Shown: in pieces, positions 49,701 to 62,079 of the stretch
Layout: each line of letters opens with the position of its first letter
Position numbering within the stretch: the stretch's first letter is position 1
NCBI GenBank assembly: GCA_000708835.1
Contig: DF237252.1
Location: 43,162-107,161 of the forward strand
Source: Klebsormidium nitens
Lineage: Eukaryota; Plantae; Klebsormidiophyceae
Reading direction: 5' to 3'
DNA: 64,000 nucleotides
Program-made: the position numbers and the translations under genes
Notes under the pieces: generated by a model
Told to the model about the DNA's origin: nothing
The model's database searches: none
The model's input: the letters and a program-made list of their open reading frames with translations, nothing else

Positions 49701-52700
49701 AGACGAGACTCCCAGTCCCTTCTTTTCTTTCGCGAAACAACAAGCAACATCCACTGCATCGAATCACCGACATCGCTGAAGCAGCGCTAACAATCGACGG
49801 CCACTCACCACCGTATTTGAGAAGTAGGGGTTGGGAGCGAAGTGGAACTCGAGGGTAAAGCCCTTTTGGCTCTCGAGCGGGTGCCACTTGATGTCCCGCA
49901 GGTACTCAAGGGCCCCCTCGTCCTTCTCCGAGATCTGCACAAGGAGTGACATCAGCGACAACGTCAGCAACTGTGTTGAGAGCTTCAGACAACGGTAAAT
50001 CGGCAATGAGCGCGCACTCGTTCAAGCTGGAAGAGTAAAGATCCGTCATCGAAGTTCAGACATGCGCGGCACGCTTGTGATGGAACTTGACTTTGTAGTC
50101 GACGGAACCGTTCAGCCCAAATACTACAGAACCAAATTTGTCTGTCAGTTCCCCATTCTGGCGCCCCAGAGAATGGCGAACAAATCAGGTTCTCCAAATT
50201 CTGGTGCGGGGAAAATCCTGGTCACGCACTCACCTTATTCAAGCCTACAAACAAATTCGGGTTTTTAGCAGTCAAACTGAAAAGAGTCAAAAAGTCCGCA
50301 GCAAAGGGGATCCTACCTGAACTCGGACGTCAAGCTGAAGTGTACTTCGCTCTTCCTGCGCTGTGCCCCAGGAAGCCAGCAACTAAGAACCCAAGAGCAT
50401 GCAGAACACAAGATTACGCAGATCCACCCCCCTTATCAGAGAGGGACGGGGCCTCACCGTCTCCTCGATTGTCAGGTTATTCCTAAGGGCGGTCAGCCAG
50501 AAGTTGGGGATGCCCTTCACATCTGCACGACCAGAGTCAGAAAAGGTCAGGCTGGTGAGGGCATCTGTCAGCATTGAAGCGGAGACAGGAAAACGCAATC
50601 ATCAGGAGGGGGGGTGATTGAAAACCCCTTCCGTCCCTCTCAACATGGTTCGGGACTGATCAATCAGATAAATTCCACAAAAACACTTTTCTTTGAGCCC
50701 GGTAAGACCCACTGCCAGATCAAGGCATCAGCCTACTCACTGAATTTCTCCTTTACAGAAGGCATCAGCACAGAGACAACTGAAGCTTTAGCCAGGTATA
50801 CAAGCTCAACGCACCAGGCAAGTCCAATCTACTAAATTTGCCACACGACCCTCAGTCTTTTGCGGAACCTTTTCAGATTTCCGAATGAAAAGTGACGACA
50901 ATCACATATGACAAGAGATTTTGGGTCGACAGCGATCAAGATTGACTGAAGATACAGCAAAATGGACATGGCATGCCGTAAAGTCGAGTTCCTGACAAGC
51001 TAAACTTACAGGATGAGGATGGAATATTTACGAGTACCTAGAGCCCTTGAACAGGAACCAATGCGCCCCACAAATCAGTGCACTTACCTTCATCCTCCTT
51101 GTTCTCGGAGGAAGTTGCTTCCGGCTTCTCTTCCTCTCCCTCCTTGGCTTCCTCACCCTCCTTAGGGGGCAGCTCCTCGGGCTCGAACTCCCCCCCGACA
51201 ATCGCAGCCCTCTGCATGGGAAAGGTTTCTCAAACCATAAGGTGGCAGCGCTTCTTTTGCAACTCAGTCTAGATATTCATGTGAATTAGCAGTCGTCAAG
51301 TACTGCATTCAAATGGCAGAAGGTCCTCAAAAAGCATATCCGAGTTGAATTTTGACCAGAGGACTTGGGCCAAGATCTCAAAAATCTGAAAGTCAGATTG
51401 CACACTTACCTTCTCGTAGAGAGGGGCATACTTGGCATTGTACTTGGCCTCTAGCTCAGCCTTCTCCTTCAGGTACTGCTCCTCCAATTCATCGTGCTCT
51501 TCCTGTACCCATCCAACGACAGAGTTTCAGATATAAGAAGGACCTGGTTTGGTTTGTCAATTGGCTGGAATTGGACTTCTCAAAGTGTCTGTCACAGTGA
51601 GATAAACACTGAACCGGTGCCTAGCAAGCAGACGCCTTTGTTAAAACAGTCCAACATGGTGCACTCCAAACGTGCCAACTTAGTGTGTCAACCTCGGATG
51701 TAACAGCAACCTAGAAAACTCAGATGTGTGTCGCTATCAACCACTACGCTGTGTGGATGGATAATCCTCCAACCCTGGGCACTGAAGGTGAAAAAAGAAG
51801 GGCGTATGCAGTGGCTGATGATCAGAGCGGCACAGCAACCACAATCACCATTGGTACAATCCTGTTTTTCAGATTGAAGCGAATGTGCCTCTAAGCTGTT
51901 TGCTTGTTGACATTCTGCCTACGAGAGTTAAGCTTGGCCAAAACTTCGGCAAAAAGGAAGCTAGATGCGCATATACCGGGAAGAAAGTATGCAGATTTGA
52001 TGGGTACCTGGAGCTTCTTCAGATTCTCGACTCTATTCTTGACCTTCTTCGGGAGGGACTCCAGGTACCCTGACGACTTCCCAACCAGCCTGTCCAGCTT
52101 ATCCTGCAGCAGCAAACGCAGAAAAATTGAACCGACCATCACTACTATACGAACACTTCATTGCTACTTGACTTATTGTGATGAAATACTCATGATGATT
52201 ATGGTTGAGAGTCTACATATTGACCTTTAAGCGACTTCTATAAGGTGAATGGCCAGAACAGAACACTCCCTGAATAGTCCAACTCAATCAGACAACCATT
52301 TTGAGGTCGGGCACTCTCAGTGAAAGACATTCAGGCAGCCTCATAACGAAAACTTCTTATACTGCAGCTTCTGAAGATTTGAGATCCAAAAGTAGCAATG
52401 ACCATCAGCAGGACCTGAAAATTTGTCAACGAGGGGGGACTACATTTCTTTGCTGGCAAGGAATGCTGATGTGGAGCTTGATGGGAAGGGTGGTCGAAGC
52501 GTCTTTCGAAAGACCCGATATCCTTGAGGGATACAGAAAAGTACAACTGCTTTTCGACGATGCAACACCGACAACATAAAGGACCTTGGGGCTTGATTGT
52601 CAGAGCAGCATTTCAGACCCTCTGCAAGAAGATTGTTGTTCAGACGTTGAATCGCTCAAGACTCCCTGTGGGCTAAGGGGAACACCACGCTTGGAACATC

Positions 52701-53256
52701 AGGACAGATCTGACCTGCCGGAGAATCACATTGATGCAGGTCATCTGGATGTGGCTCCTGAGCGCGTGCACCATTACCATCACAAAATCAAAACCTTAGG
52801 CTGGCTGACAGACTGCAATTATTCACAGGGCAGCATGTTAAACAGATCCTCAGATGAAAGGACAGCTCACACCAGTTGTCTTAAAAGGAAAGTACCTGCA
52901 TGAGCTGAACCAGACCAGGACTGCCTGCGATACCCTTCGCAGCCAGAGCCTTCTTGATAAAGTCCTCTGCAAAAGAGAGGACAGTCAGCACATCACGCAA
53001 CTTGTTGACAACCGCGGCCAATGACCTTTTTTAACACATGCTTGCAAATCGAAGATACTTTACTTAGCACTTGGCCACTCAATTTCAGCATACGAACGGT
53101 CAATCATCCAGTGAACAGCTGATTCTATCATACGTCAGCGTCCTGAAATATAACATGCCGCAACCAGAACAAGATGCCTACTGCACAATCACCTCTTTGA
53201 GCGTCCGTTAGAGCCCCGCTAACGTTGGCCAGGTCTATCTCTGCGTTTTGATCCAT
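46725..53256 (-). CDS. NAP1: Nucleosome assembly protein 1 (histone chaperone)
   Basis: Exons from the probable ATG at 53256; ~52893-52960; ~52010-52105 ([23 protein letters not shown]); ~51410-51500 ([15 protein letters not shown]); ~51090-51215; ~50460-50550 ([14 protein letters not shown]); ~49800-49940 ([17 protein letters not shown]); 48390-48620 ([23 protein letters not shown]); ~47060-47317 ([15 protein letters not shown] + acidic tail); last exon ending CKQQ*, the CaaX motif of plant NAP1s. Confidence 0.97.
47290..47945 (-). repeat. Intronic echoes of NAP1 acceptor/exon start AEELQDQME (4 degenerate copies, ~160 nt period)
   Basis: tggtcctgcagctcctccgcctg at the real site (CAG 47318-20) recurs ending at 47483, 47644, ~47796 (AG lost) and partially at ~47940. 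Confidence 0.9.
48560..49355 (-). repeat. Intronic echoes of NAP1 acceptor/exon start [13 protein letters not shown] (3-4 copies, 174-196 nt period)
   Basis: gatcggctcctcgtcctcgaccatgtagtacgacttggtcaactg (real CAG 48621-23) is repeated identically ending at 48975, and degenerately ending at 48801, 49171 and ~49350. Confidence 0.92.
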
Positions 53257-53475
53257 CCTGTCGCTCGTACAAGTCTGACCACTGCTTAGGAACAACGGCG
53301 CTTCAAAGAAGCTCTTCAGCAGCCAAGTGCGATGTGAAGGAAATTCAAAACGTGCATAAGCATTGGGACTCTGGGAGAGCTACTTGGTGTCTTTACAGTT
53401 TACTGAGCTGATTCAAATTGTATATCTCCCAATGGCCAAAAGCCTGGTCCAAAAATCCGGATGGAATCTCTACTA

Positions 53476-53799
53476 CCCGTACGACCAAGGTATGATTCCG
53501 AATAAATAAATAGTTATTTGCATTCGGAAAGTTGGAAATTCCGGATAAGCAGTCGGATTCTGCATTTTCGGAAAGGGAAAATAATTGCTAAAACCCATTC
53601 GGAAAGTACTTTTCCAGGCCGTATAGGTCTCCGGTACGTACCTTGAACCGCCAGACCCCTAGAAAGCATGGGTACCTGGATACCCCTTACCGATTCGGAT
53701 TTAGCGTCGGAAAGTGGAAAATAATACATGATTTGGGTTCGCATTCGCAAAAATAATTGCTTTTTTTGAGCATTCGGAATCATACCTTGGTCGTACGGG
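53476..53799. mobile_element. MITE (Tc1/mariner-type), 324 nt, perfect 28-nt TIRs, TA duplication
   Basis: TA|cccgtacgaccaaggtatgattccgaat (53476-53503) ... attcggaatcataccttggtcgtacggg|TA (53772-53799). Internal repeats of ttcggaaag; no ORF. Confidence 0.92.
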
Positions 53800-54203
53800 T
53801 ATATCCCAATTGCAGGAACGGTTTACGTAACCAAAGTTAGCACAAACCCGCGCATTCTATGGAGGAGCTTTCAAACGATTTCGATCGTCAATCAGGGCTA
53901 GACTCGGCATAAAAACCTATCTCCGTCGAAGACTTGGCAAAACCTGCTGACTAGGGATTTGCTCTCGTGGTGATTTCCAGATTTTGTTTCAAATCCTGGA
54001 AATATGTAAAGATTCTTGACCCGGCCTAGTGGGAATAAATGTTCAAGGGGGAGCCAGCTGCCAGTGCTAGACTGCACGAAAGCTAGAACGTCACCATCAC
54101 TTGCCATCACTGCGAGGCATTGGCGTTGGCATTACACATTCTTACTCGATTTGTTGCCGTATTCTGCACGCGTCTCAGCTGACGCTTTGAAGCACGATTT
54201 GCA

Positions 54204-57200
54204 ATGGCCTCCCACGCGGCAACCTGGAGGGCAGGCGCCGTCCTGTCTTCCGCTCTCGCAGCGATTGGGAGAAAGCAGATGCGTTCAGGCCGAGAGGGCC
54301 TTCCCGCTTGCGGCCGGTGCTCAAGACCTTTCACCTCTTTCTCCTCTCTCTCGTCCGCTCGCTCACAGCCACTGAAAGGTACTGCGCTTCAAGCAGCTTT
54401 CAAACAGAGGAAAGGAGGCTGGCGAAGGCTCTCAGGTGCTTTCCAGACACGGGCCAGTGTCGCAGACGCGGACACCTTTGTGGAGGGGGAGGCGGGGGAG
54501 GGTTTTGATCTGCCGCCGGAAAACCGAATTCCCGTGACTGTGATCACCGGGTATCTCGGGTCGGGCAAAGTATGTGCAGCGCCTGATTGGTGGCTTGTAG
54601 CTGTGTCTTTTGTTTTAGGAAAGGTTTTGTAGGACAATCTTAAAAGGCCATAGTTGCGCTTCCAGGCATGGATAAGAGTCCTTTGGGCAAACCCCTATGC
54701 CGCCATTCAGAAGTGTTCCGAGTAAGGAGGGTTGTAGACGGCAAGTGGTGGTATTCAGGGTCAGCAGGGTAACACTTTCTGGGAAGAGTCTGCTCGACCA
54801 TCGTTACAAGTGCACTTCATGCCTCGATTTGCACTTTTCCCTAGAAAAAGCAATCATGTTTCTTTGTTGGAAAATGGAGTTTGATATGGTATGCCAAGAT
54901 TTTCGCTAACAACCTTGTGCCCTTTGCAGACAACGCTTTTGAACTACATCCTGACGGCAGACCATGGGAAACGCATCGCTGTCATCGAGAATGAGGTGCG
55001 CGCTTGTAAATAAACGTTCATTTCATCAATTCCTTAGCAACGGGTTGCTGCAATGTGTGGTGCTTTCAGGACGTCTTCAATGCAGCTGGTCCTATAAAGT
55101 GGAGGATGGGAATGTTGTAGAAGCTGCAATGTCAACATTCACCAACAAGAACTTTCGGGCCTTTATTGACGTACCTGATGTGATTATCTGCTTAGAGCTT
55201 CGCTTGATTCAATTAGTATGTCATTGAGCACGAGCGGCAGTCCAAACTTTTGTCGAAAGGAGCAGAGCCTAACGAGGCACAACCACCATGTACTCACATG
55301 CCGTCTGCAGTAAAGATTAGCGCAGTCTCATCTTGGCTGCATCTCCAGCAGCTGAAGTTGACACAATCAAGGCGAAACTTTGATGCTTCCGCAACAGCGG
55401 CTCCCCAAGGCGCTCTGCCTCTTTTTCCCCCACCACCTGTCCTTCTTACAACAAGCTACCTTTTGGCACAATCTTGGAAAGGTCCTCCAAGAAGGTACAT
55501 TCTGGTACCTACAAGAGAAGTCAGTTCCTAAAAGCACAACAGGCGATTAATGTTCTGCCCCTTGACAGCATCTTGAAAAGGTTTTTTTTTTTTGGTAAAT
55601 GTCGTTCTCTTTTTTGAGGTCGTGCCACAGTGACAGGACTCCAAGAAACAGATTGACTCGATTCAGACTGCTGTCTGTGCAGTATGGAGAGATTGACATT
55701 GACGGCTCCCTGGTCGCCTCCAAGCAAAGCGGCGCGGAAGAGATCATTCTGCTGAACAATGGCTGCATGTGCTGCACCGTGCGGAGCGACCTCGTTCGTA
55801 TGATCACGGACCTGGTGCGGACCAAGAAGGACAAGTTTGACCACGTCATCGTCGAAACGACAGGTGAGCACATGCCCCCAAACCACTTTCAAAGGTGCTT
55901 TGGCCAATCACTTGGCCAGTCTCTTTGAGTTTGAGAAATTGATGATTGGCTTCAAGGTTCTCATCTTCAAACTCAAAGCATCTCCCTAAGCGGCAGACGT
56001 TGCAAAACGCGGTTTGCTAGCATGATGGTGCACTCAGATTTGGCGGACCGATCAATATATTCGACGTGCTGCCCACCCCGTCCCATATGCTCGCAGGTGT
56101 TGGATTCTCCCTTGGGCTATATTTCATTTACTTCGCCCTCCGCTTGACCCTTTACGCATCTACCAACTTCCGGGTTGTCTGCAGTTTTGCCCCGTGTTGC
56201 ACTATATGTTGGCCAAATGCCCCTCACTATCAAAGTATGTTCCTTGAAGCTAGACAGAGCGGGTGTAAACCAAGTCTTTTGATTTGCATTAGGGCTAGCT
56301 ATTTTCGCTCCCATCTCCTTGACGCGTGTCCAGGAGCCAGACGATGCGAAAAGAAGGTCATTCTGAAAAGGCGCACAAGTCAATATCTAATTTACTGGTT
56401 TGCATTTCAGGTTTGGCCAACCCTGCCCCTATTATCCGGACATTCTACCTGGAGCCAGACATCGCGGATGAGCTATACATTGACGCGGTCGTGACGCTGG
56501 TAGACGCCAAGCACGCAGAGCGACACATCAACGAGGTCAAGCCAGACGGGGTCGTGAACGAGGCGGTCGAGCAGATTGCATATGCTGACAGGATCATTTT
56601 GAACAAGGTGAGGAGACCATTTACAAAAGTTCGTTGTGGCATTCCTGATTGTTGTACTCTCCTTTGCGAGTGAACAAGGCGGTCGAGCGGGTTCATGGTC
56701 GGACAGGCTCTTCTGGAGTCTTTCCAGCACGTTCATGTGAATCGTTAGCTTTCAAAGTGGGCGTTGGGATTGGACGGCCGTTACCCGTGCCGACGACGTC
56801 ATGAGTTTGGCGCCCTCGATTTTGGACGTCACTTTGGTGATGGTTTGCGCACCGTGCAATCTTGAAGAGACGTGCAGGTCCTACGCCCACTTTAAGCCCC
56901 CCCAAATTACCTTGTCAGCGAGCAAGGCTTTGAACAGATCGTGCACGCGGTTATCCTTGAAACGTCTGGGGATAATTGGGTACGCTCATGTGTATTCTGA
57001 ACACGTGTGTCACAATCTAGGTGGTCTTCTTCCACAACAAACGAAGCAGGTTCGCGTGTTCATGCAACTTACATTACCTGGTCGCTGGGCGAGCATCTTA
57101 CCCACGTTTGTTCCATGCAGCGTTGGCCTGGTAAACGAGCTCGAGCTCGAGCTTAGCTCCATTTGGGAGCGATCTAATTGATGGCCAGGGTGCATCTTAC

Positions 57201-60200
57201 GTTGGCGCAAGCATTCACCCCAGAAACCATCCTTCGCAGATTGATTTGGTGAACGAGCGCGAGCTGAGTTCCGTCCGGAAGACGATCGAGAGAATCAACT
57301 CGATGGCCAAGGTGCAGCAGGCCGTCAAGGGCAAGGTCGACCTAGACTACGTGCTGGGGGTCGGAGGGTTCGACCTGGAAAGGTGGGATATCACAAAGGC
57401 CGGGCTTCCTTTCAGCCAAGTCGGTTTTATGTGCTCCGTGTCGTACGGTTGGTGCTGAGGTCACCACGATTGGGCTCGAACTGGCGGATAGTAGATGTTG
57501 TGCCGTTGCACAGGCTGGCCTTTTGCCGGGCCAAGTGCTTCGGTTTGTCCTTTCCAAGGTTCGGACGTGATTTTCGCTTGTAAGCGCTGCCGCCCTCTAT
57601 TGAAAGGGTCTCGTTCAGTGGAGGAACTTTTTTGGAACTCGTTCGCTTAGAAACAAGTTCCAGAGCGAACACGCTCACTGCCGTCGACCTTAAGTGCCGC
57701 CTGCGCATCTCTTTTGCAAACGTCACCCCTCTGCTGACGTCAGAATCAAGGAGGCAGTGGACCCAAAAATCCTGGGAGGAGCCGAAGAGCAGCTACAGCC
57801 CCGACCCTCAACGATACCCGCTGTCCTGCTTGTCATTCTTTCCGCTGACGTCACCCTCTCGGCTGACGTCAGAATCGAGGAGCCAGTGGACCCAAAAATC
57901 CTCGAGGAGGAGCTCAAGAGCAGCCACAGCCACGACCCTCAACAATAGCCGCTGTCCTTGTTGTCATTCTTTCCGCTGACGTCACCCTCTCTGCTGACGT
58001 CAGGATCGAGGAGGCGGTGGACCCCAAGTTCTTGGAGGAGGAGCCCAAGAGCAGCCACAGCCACGATCACGATCACCACGACCACGACCACGAACATCAT
58101 CACGACCATGAGCACGCGGGCGATGCGGACGACTGCACAAAGTGCGCCGAGGAGGGGCACTCGCACAACCATGGTAAGACTGCATCTGGTCAAGAACGTT
58201 ATTGTCTTTCTTGTTGGGGAAGCAGATTAGGCAGTTCTGGTTCACGAGAACATGCGGAGTTCTGCTAGGATGGTTTCGTTGTCATGCAAGAGTGCTGAGT
58301 TTGCCGGTTCCGACAAGCATTGTGAATCTGGCGTGCGGCTTTTTGCGGGCAAACAATACCGATTTGGTGCGATTGGGGTAAACAACCAGCACGAATAAGC
58401 AATCAAGCGTCAAGCATCCTAGCGTTTCGGTAGAAAGGGCGGGGAGTGTGCAAGTTCGAAGCTTTTCAGAGCTTGGAGCAGGGTCCCTGTTTGCTTTGAG
58501 GCAGTGGCAAGAAGAGCGGCGTGTCCTTCAAATGAAAGTTCCAACATCACCGACGCTCTTCCATGTAAAACTTCCAACATGACCGATGCTCTTCCATGTA
58601 AATTTTCTAACATCAGAACAAAAGCTCAATATGCCTTTCAAGACCTGGTGGTTGGGGAAGAGGTTAAACCCGGTGGTTAGGAAAACCTCTCTGCGGAACG
58701 CTCTTGATGCAGGCCACCACGACCACGGACACTCCCACGACCACGGCCACGAGCACCACGACCACGTGCATGACGTCGGCATCACGTCAGTCAGCATCGT
58801 GCAGGACGGGGAGCTGGACATTGAGCTGGTGAGCGCTCTGTCTCGTCCTGTTCGGTTATAGTTAACCTCGTAACGAAGTCCTGGAGAGGTTTCGTGATTG
58901 TTGCTTTGTAACAACTCTAGCAGGGGCTTCTTGATTTCCTGCCTTTAAATGCGTCTGTGCCGACCAATGGCTTGTGAGGGCAGCGTTCCGGTCTGATCAG
59001 ATTACTCCCCGCTAGTTCTCGAGGCTGCTTTGCAGTTCTGACGAGCGGATGTTTCTGCACAGTTCGCTTGCGTGGGCTTTTCGACGTGCGGAGTGTTTGC
59101 TTGGGGTTGTGAGCGTCTGCTGTCAGAACCATTACTCCTCCTTTAGTTCGAACCCGTTTTCTCCAACCTCGGCAGTGCCCTACCCTTGCTTCTTTCTTCT
59201 TGCCCAATTTTGATTATCGCTACTGTGTTACCCGCTCCCTTTTTCTTCCTTGGTACACACATATATCACACGCATAGTTTGAACTTAATAGTTTCATCAA
59301 CAAGTTCGTTCAGCTTGTATCCGTAGCCACCAGCAATCTGGTCTATGTCGATCCGCTGTAGCTGTTCAATTCATCTCAGCGCTGTGCATTCGAAACTTGT
59401 ACCGCCACGCTGGCTAGGCTTTGTCGTCGGACTCGAAGCATTAAGCGTCCGATCGCATTCTCAGTCTTTGCTATTTCCAAGATGTTGTTGACCGTCAGTT
59501 TCCCGTCCAGCGCTCGCAATCCGCGTCGTTTTTCCGGGCGCTTCGATTGCTCCACCGGCTTTGCCAGCAGTTCAATTCTGTTTCCGTGCACTGCTAACCG
59601 TCTGATCCGACTGATCCAGTCGCAACTCTCTGCCCAACGTTCCGTCCTCCTCCTGGGCGCTCGTGTCCGTCCGATGGGCCCCCGACAATGTCCACTGACC
59701 GCCCGATGTCCCCTGAGCTTCGCCGGCCGTTCGATTCTCTCTCTGGCCGCTCCTGACCGTCTGTTTCCTCCCAGGTGAACGACTGGCTGAGCGACGTGCT
59801 CTCGTACCACAGCGACGACATATACCGGATGAAGGGCGTGCTCGCAATCCAGGGCAGCAAGGAGCGCTTCGTGTTCCAGGTACGTTGTAGTTGGTGCTTT
59901 TCAAAGCTCGTTTCATATTGGTGACGTTTGATTGTTGTCGAGACCTGTTCGAAGCTCGTTCCATGTTGATCACGTCTAGAAACTTCCGAGCTTTGGAGGT
60001 CAACTGGACTGGACAATGAACAGAATGAACGGCAAGCCCTGGTAAGTACAAGGATGTACAAATGAAGTTTCCCAAGGTTTTTGGAGGTCCTGCCGCGAGC
60101 TCATATTCTGAAAATGCGCAGTGACAAATTTACAAGGACTACAACAAGAAGTCGTTGCCGAATGTCGCCGGCCGGGTTTTGAACGGCTTTACAGCGGGTG

Positions 60201-60921
60201 ACTGGCTGCTCGTCTCGAGTGATTGTCTCGTCCCTTTAAATCCGATGATTCTGTGAGCTTGGCAAGTCGTGAAGAGGGACTCAATACCCTGAGGGAATAA
60301 AGATGGACTCAGGGTTTTGAGTCCCTCTCAATGAACTGCTGCAGCCAGTTAGAGCAAGGACCGGTTCCATAATGTCAACACCTGCCTCCTTTATTGTATA
60401 TAAGCATGCCATTCTCGAAGCTGATCAGAGAGGTACTCATCATTTACTCAGCGCCTCTGCTGCCCTTGCATAGAGAGTTGACTTAATTCATGGATCTCAA
60501 TAGGCATTCATTCGGTCAGCTATGTTGGACTCGTGTGCTTTCAAACAACTGGCGCATCCGGATTTGCATCTAAACATGTCTTAGTTACAAGTTCGTCAGG
60601 CTACCCGAACGCTCCTCAGAACTTCTATGCAACTTGCGCAAGGAAACACTGCTCAGGCCGGCTGGTCGGAAGCATGTCTCTGTCCTCTTGTGTTGCTCGA
60701 GCGGACTACTGGATGAGTGTCGATCTTTGCAGGGCGTTCATGACCTCTTTGAGGGCACTCCTGAACGTCCGTGGAGCAAGGACGAAAAGCGTTTGAGCAA
60801 GATTGTCTTCATCGGGAGGGAGCTCAACGAAGAGTCGCTAAAGAACGGCTTCAAGAACTGCTTGGCCGAGGAAAAGGTTCGTGCCCACGACCCTTATCAT
60901 GCGGTTGACGCGCGCCCCTAG
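54204..60921 (+). CDS. CobW/COG0523 (ZNG1-type, G3E) P-loop GTPase metallochaperone with probable plastid transit peptide
   Basis: Exons 54204-54569 (IPVTVITGYLGSGK), ~54931-54995 (TTLLNYIL..IAVIENE), ~55684-55863 (NGCMCCTVRSDL..IVETTG), 56411-56607 (LANPAP..TLVDAKH..QIAYADRIILNK), ~57239-57383, 58004-58172 and ~58712-58828 (His-rich), ~59776-59879 (IYRMKGVLAI..FVFQ), 60733-60921 (GVHDLF..SKIVFIGRELN). Walker A, CxCC, ExxG and NKxD-type motifs plus CobW_C. Confidence 0.96.
57720..58065 (+). repeat. Intronic echoes of CobW His-rich exon acceptor (2 copies, ~130 nt period)
   Basis: gctgacgtcag|(a/g)atc(a/g)aggag.c.gtggacc..aa at 57743, 57872 and the real site 58003. Confidence 0.92.
58539..58615. 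repeat. 33-nt intronic tandem repeat, ~2.3 copies
   Basis: ttccaacatcaccgacgctcttccatgtaaaac / ttccaacatgaccgatgctcttccatgtaaatt / ttctaacatca. Confidence 0.85.
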
Positions 60922-62079
60922 AGAGCTTGATAAGCGGTCGTCGGGGCTGCAATCGGTTACAGAGCAACCAAAGCAAATACATATAAGAGTGCCTCGAGCA
61001 TTAGGTCAAAGAGGAGAGAAGTCCAGACTGGCCCCCGCTAGATCATCAGACTAGCTCCTGATTTGGGAGGAGGCAGTTGATAATTACAGGTGTGTCATGG
61101 CATCATCGCATGGCGAAGTTCTTACAAGTTACCACGTCCTATGTGCGAGCCAAATATCATTATTGAGCGCTTTCGGAATTCTTGAGCCGGGCAAAAATCT
61201 GGCAAATGCGCCCGCATCTAAATCAGCATGCGCCAACTTGTGATGCAAAATCAACTCATTGCCCATAGAAAGCTCACGGATATGGTATGGTTTGCTTCTT
61301 TTTTGTGTCAAAGCTCGTTGCGTTTACCGCGTGTTCATGCATGCCCAGGAGTTGAGCCTGGAAGGTTCATTACAATTGTTGACCACACACATATACAGCT
61401 AAGATCACGGCGAAAACCCGTACGGTAGTCTCCGACATGGTACTATAGCTGCGATCGCAAGGCCACAATGTATTATCAGACTATGCAGATTGAGTGCCGC
61501 AATTGCATCATTGACGCGCCCAGCATTATAGCTAGACGGTACGGTAAGACTCATCGACTTAAAAGTTGATAACCGGCGTGACTTCTGATGGCGACCGGGC
61601 CTTGCAGCCATGCACGCGTTATAAAGCTTATGATTAGTACAGATCGTAGAGCTTTGACGATCATCGGATCTCATGCTGCCAGTCATTACACATTGAAAAT
61701 TGACTGCGTTTGCAAATATATGCGATATGGATCTGACCACTGCATGGATATGCGCCTTGATCTGAAGCGTCATATACAATTGCCGCCATGCACTGTGACG
61801 ATTCATGGTACATATTGGCAAACAACATGTGCATCCGTACTTCAGGCTAGACGTACTTGGAACGGTCAGAGTCTGCTCTCAAAGATCGACCGATCCCACA
61901 GCCTGAGCTGCCAAGTCGGCTGACAAAACATACATTTGATCCTTCGATTTCGGGGTTCAGATTCACGGTTTGGCAGGTATTGGCCGCCACTGAGACAAGG
62001 GGCCCATCTGGCAGTCTAGCGCCTATCTTACGAAATGTTCAGCTAATGCCTGGCCTTGAAGAAGTGCTGATACCTGACC

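Noticed and set aside
455-60921. Bacterial origin or contamination suggested by histidine kinase, CobW and HSP20 genes
   Set aside because: All are split by spliceosomal GT-AG introns, match plant family motifs, and are interleaved with NAP1 and F-box genes.
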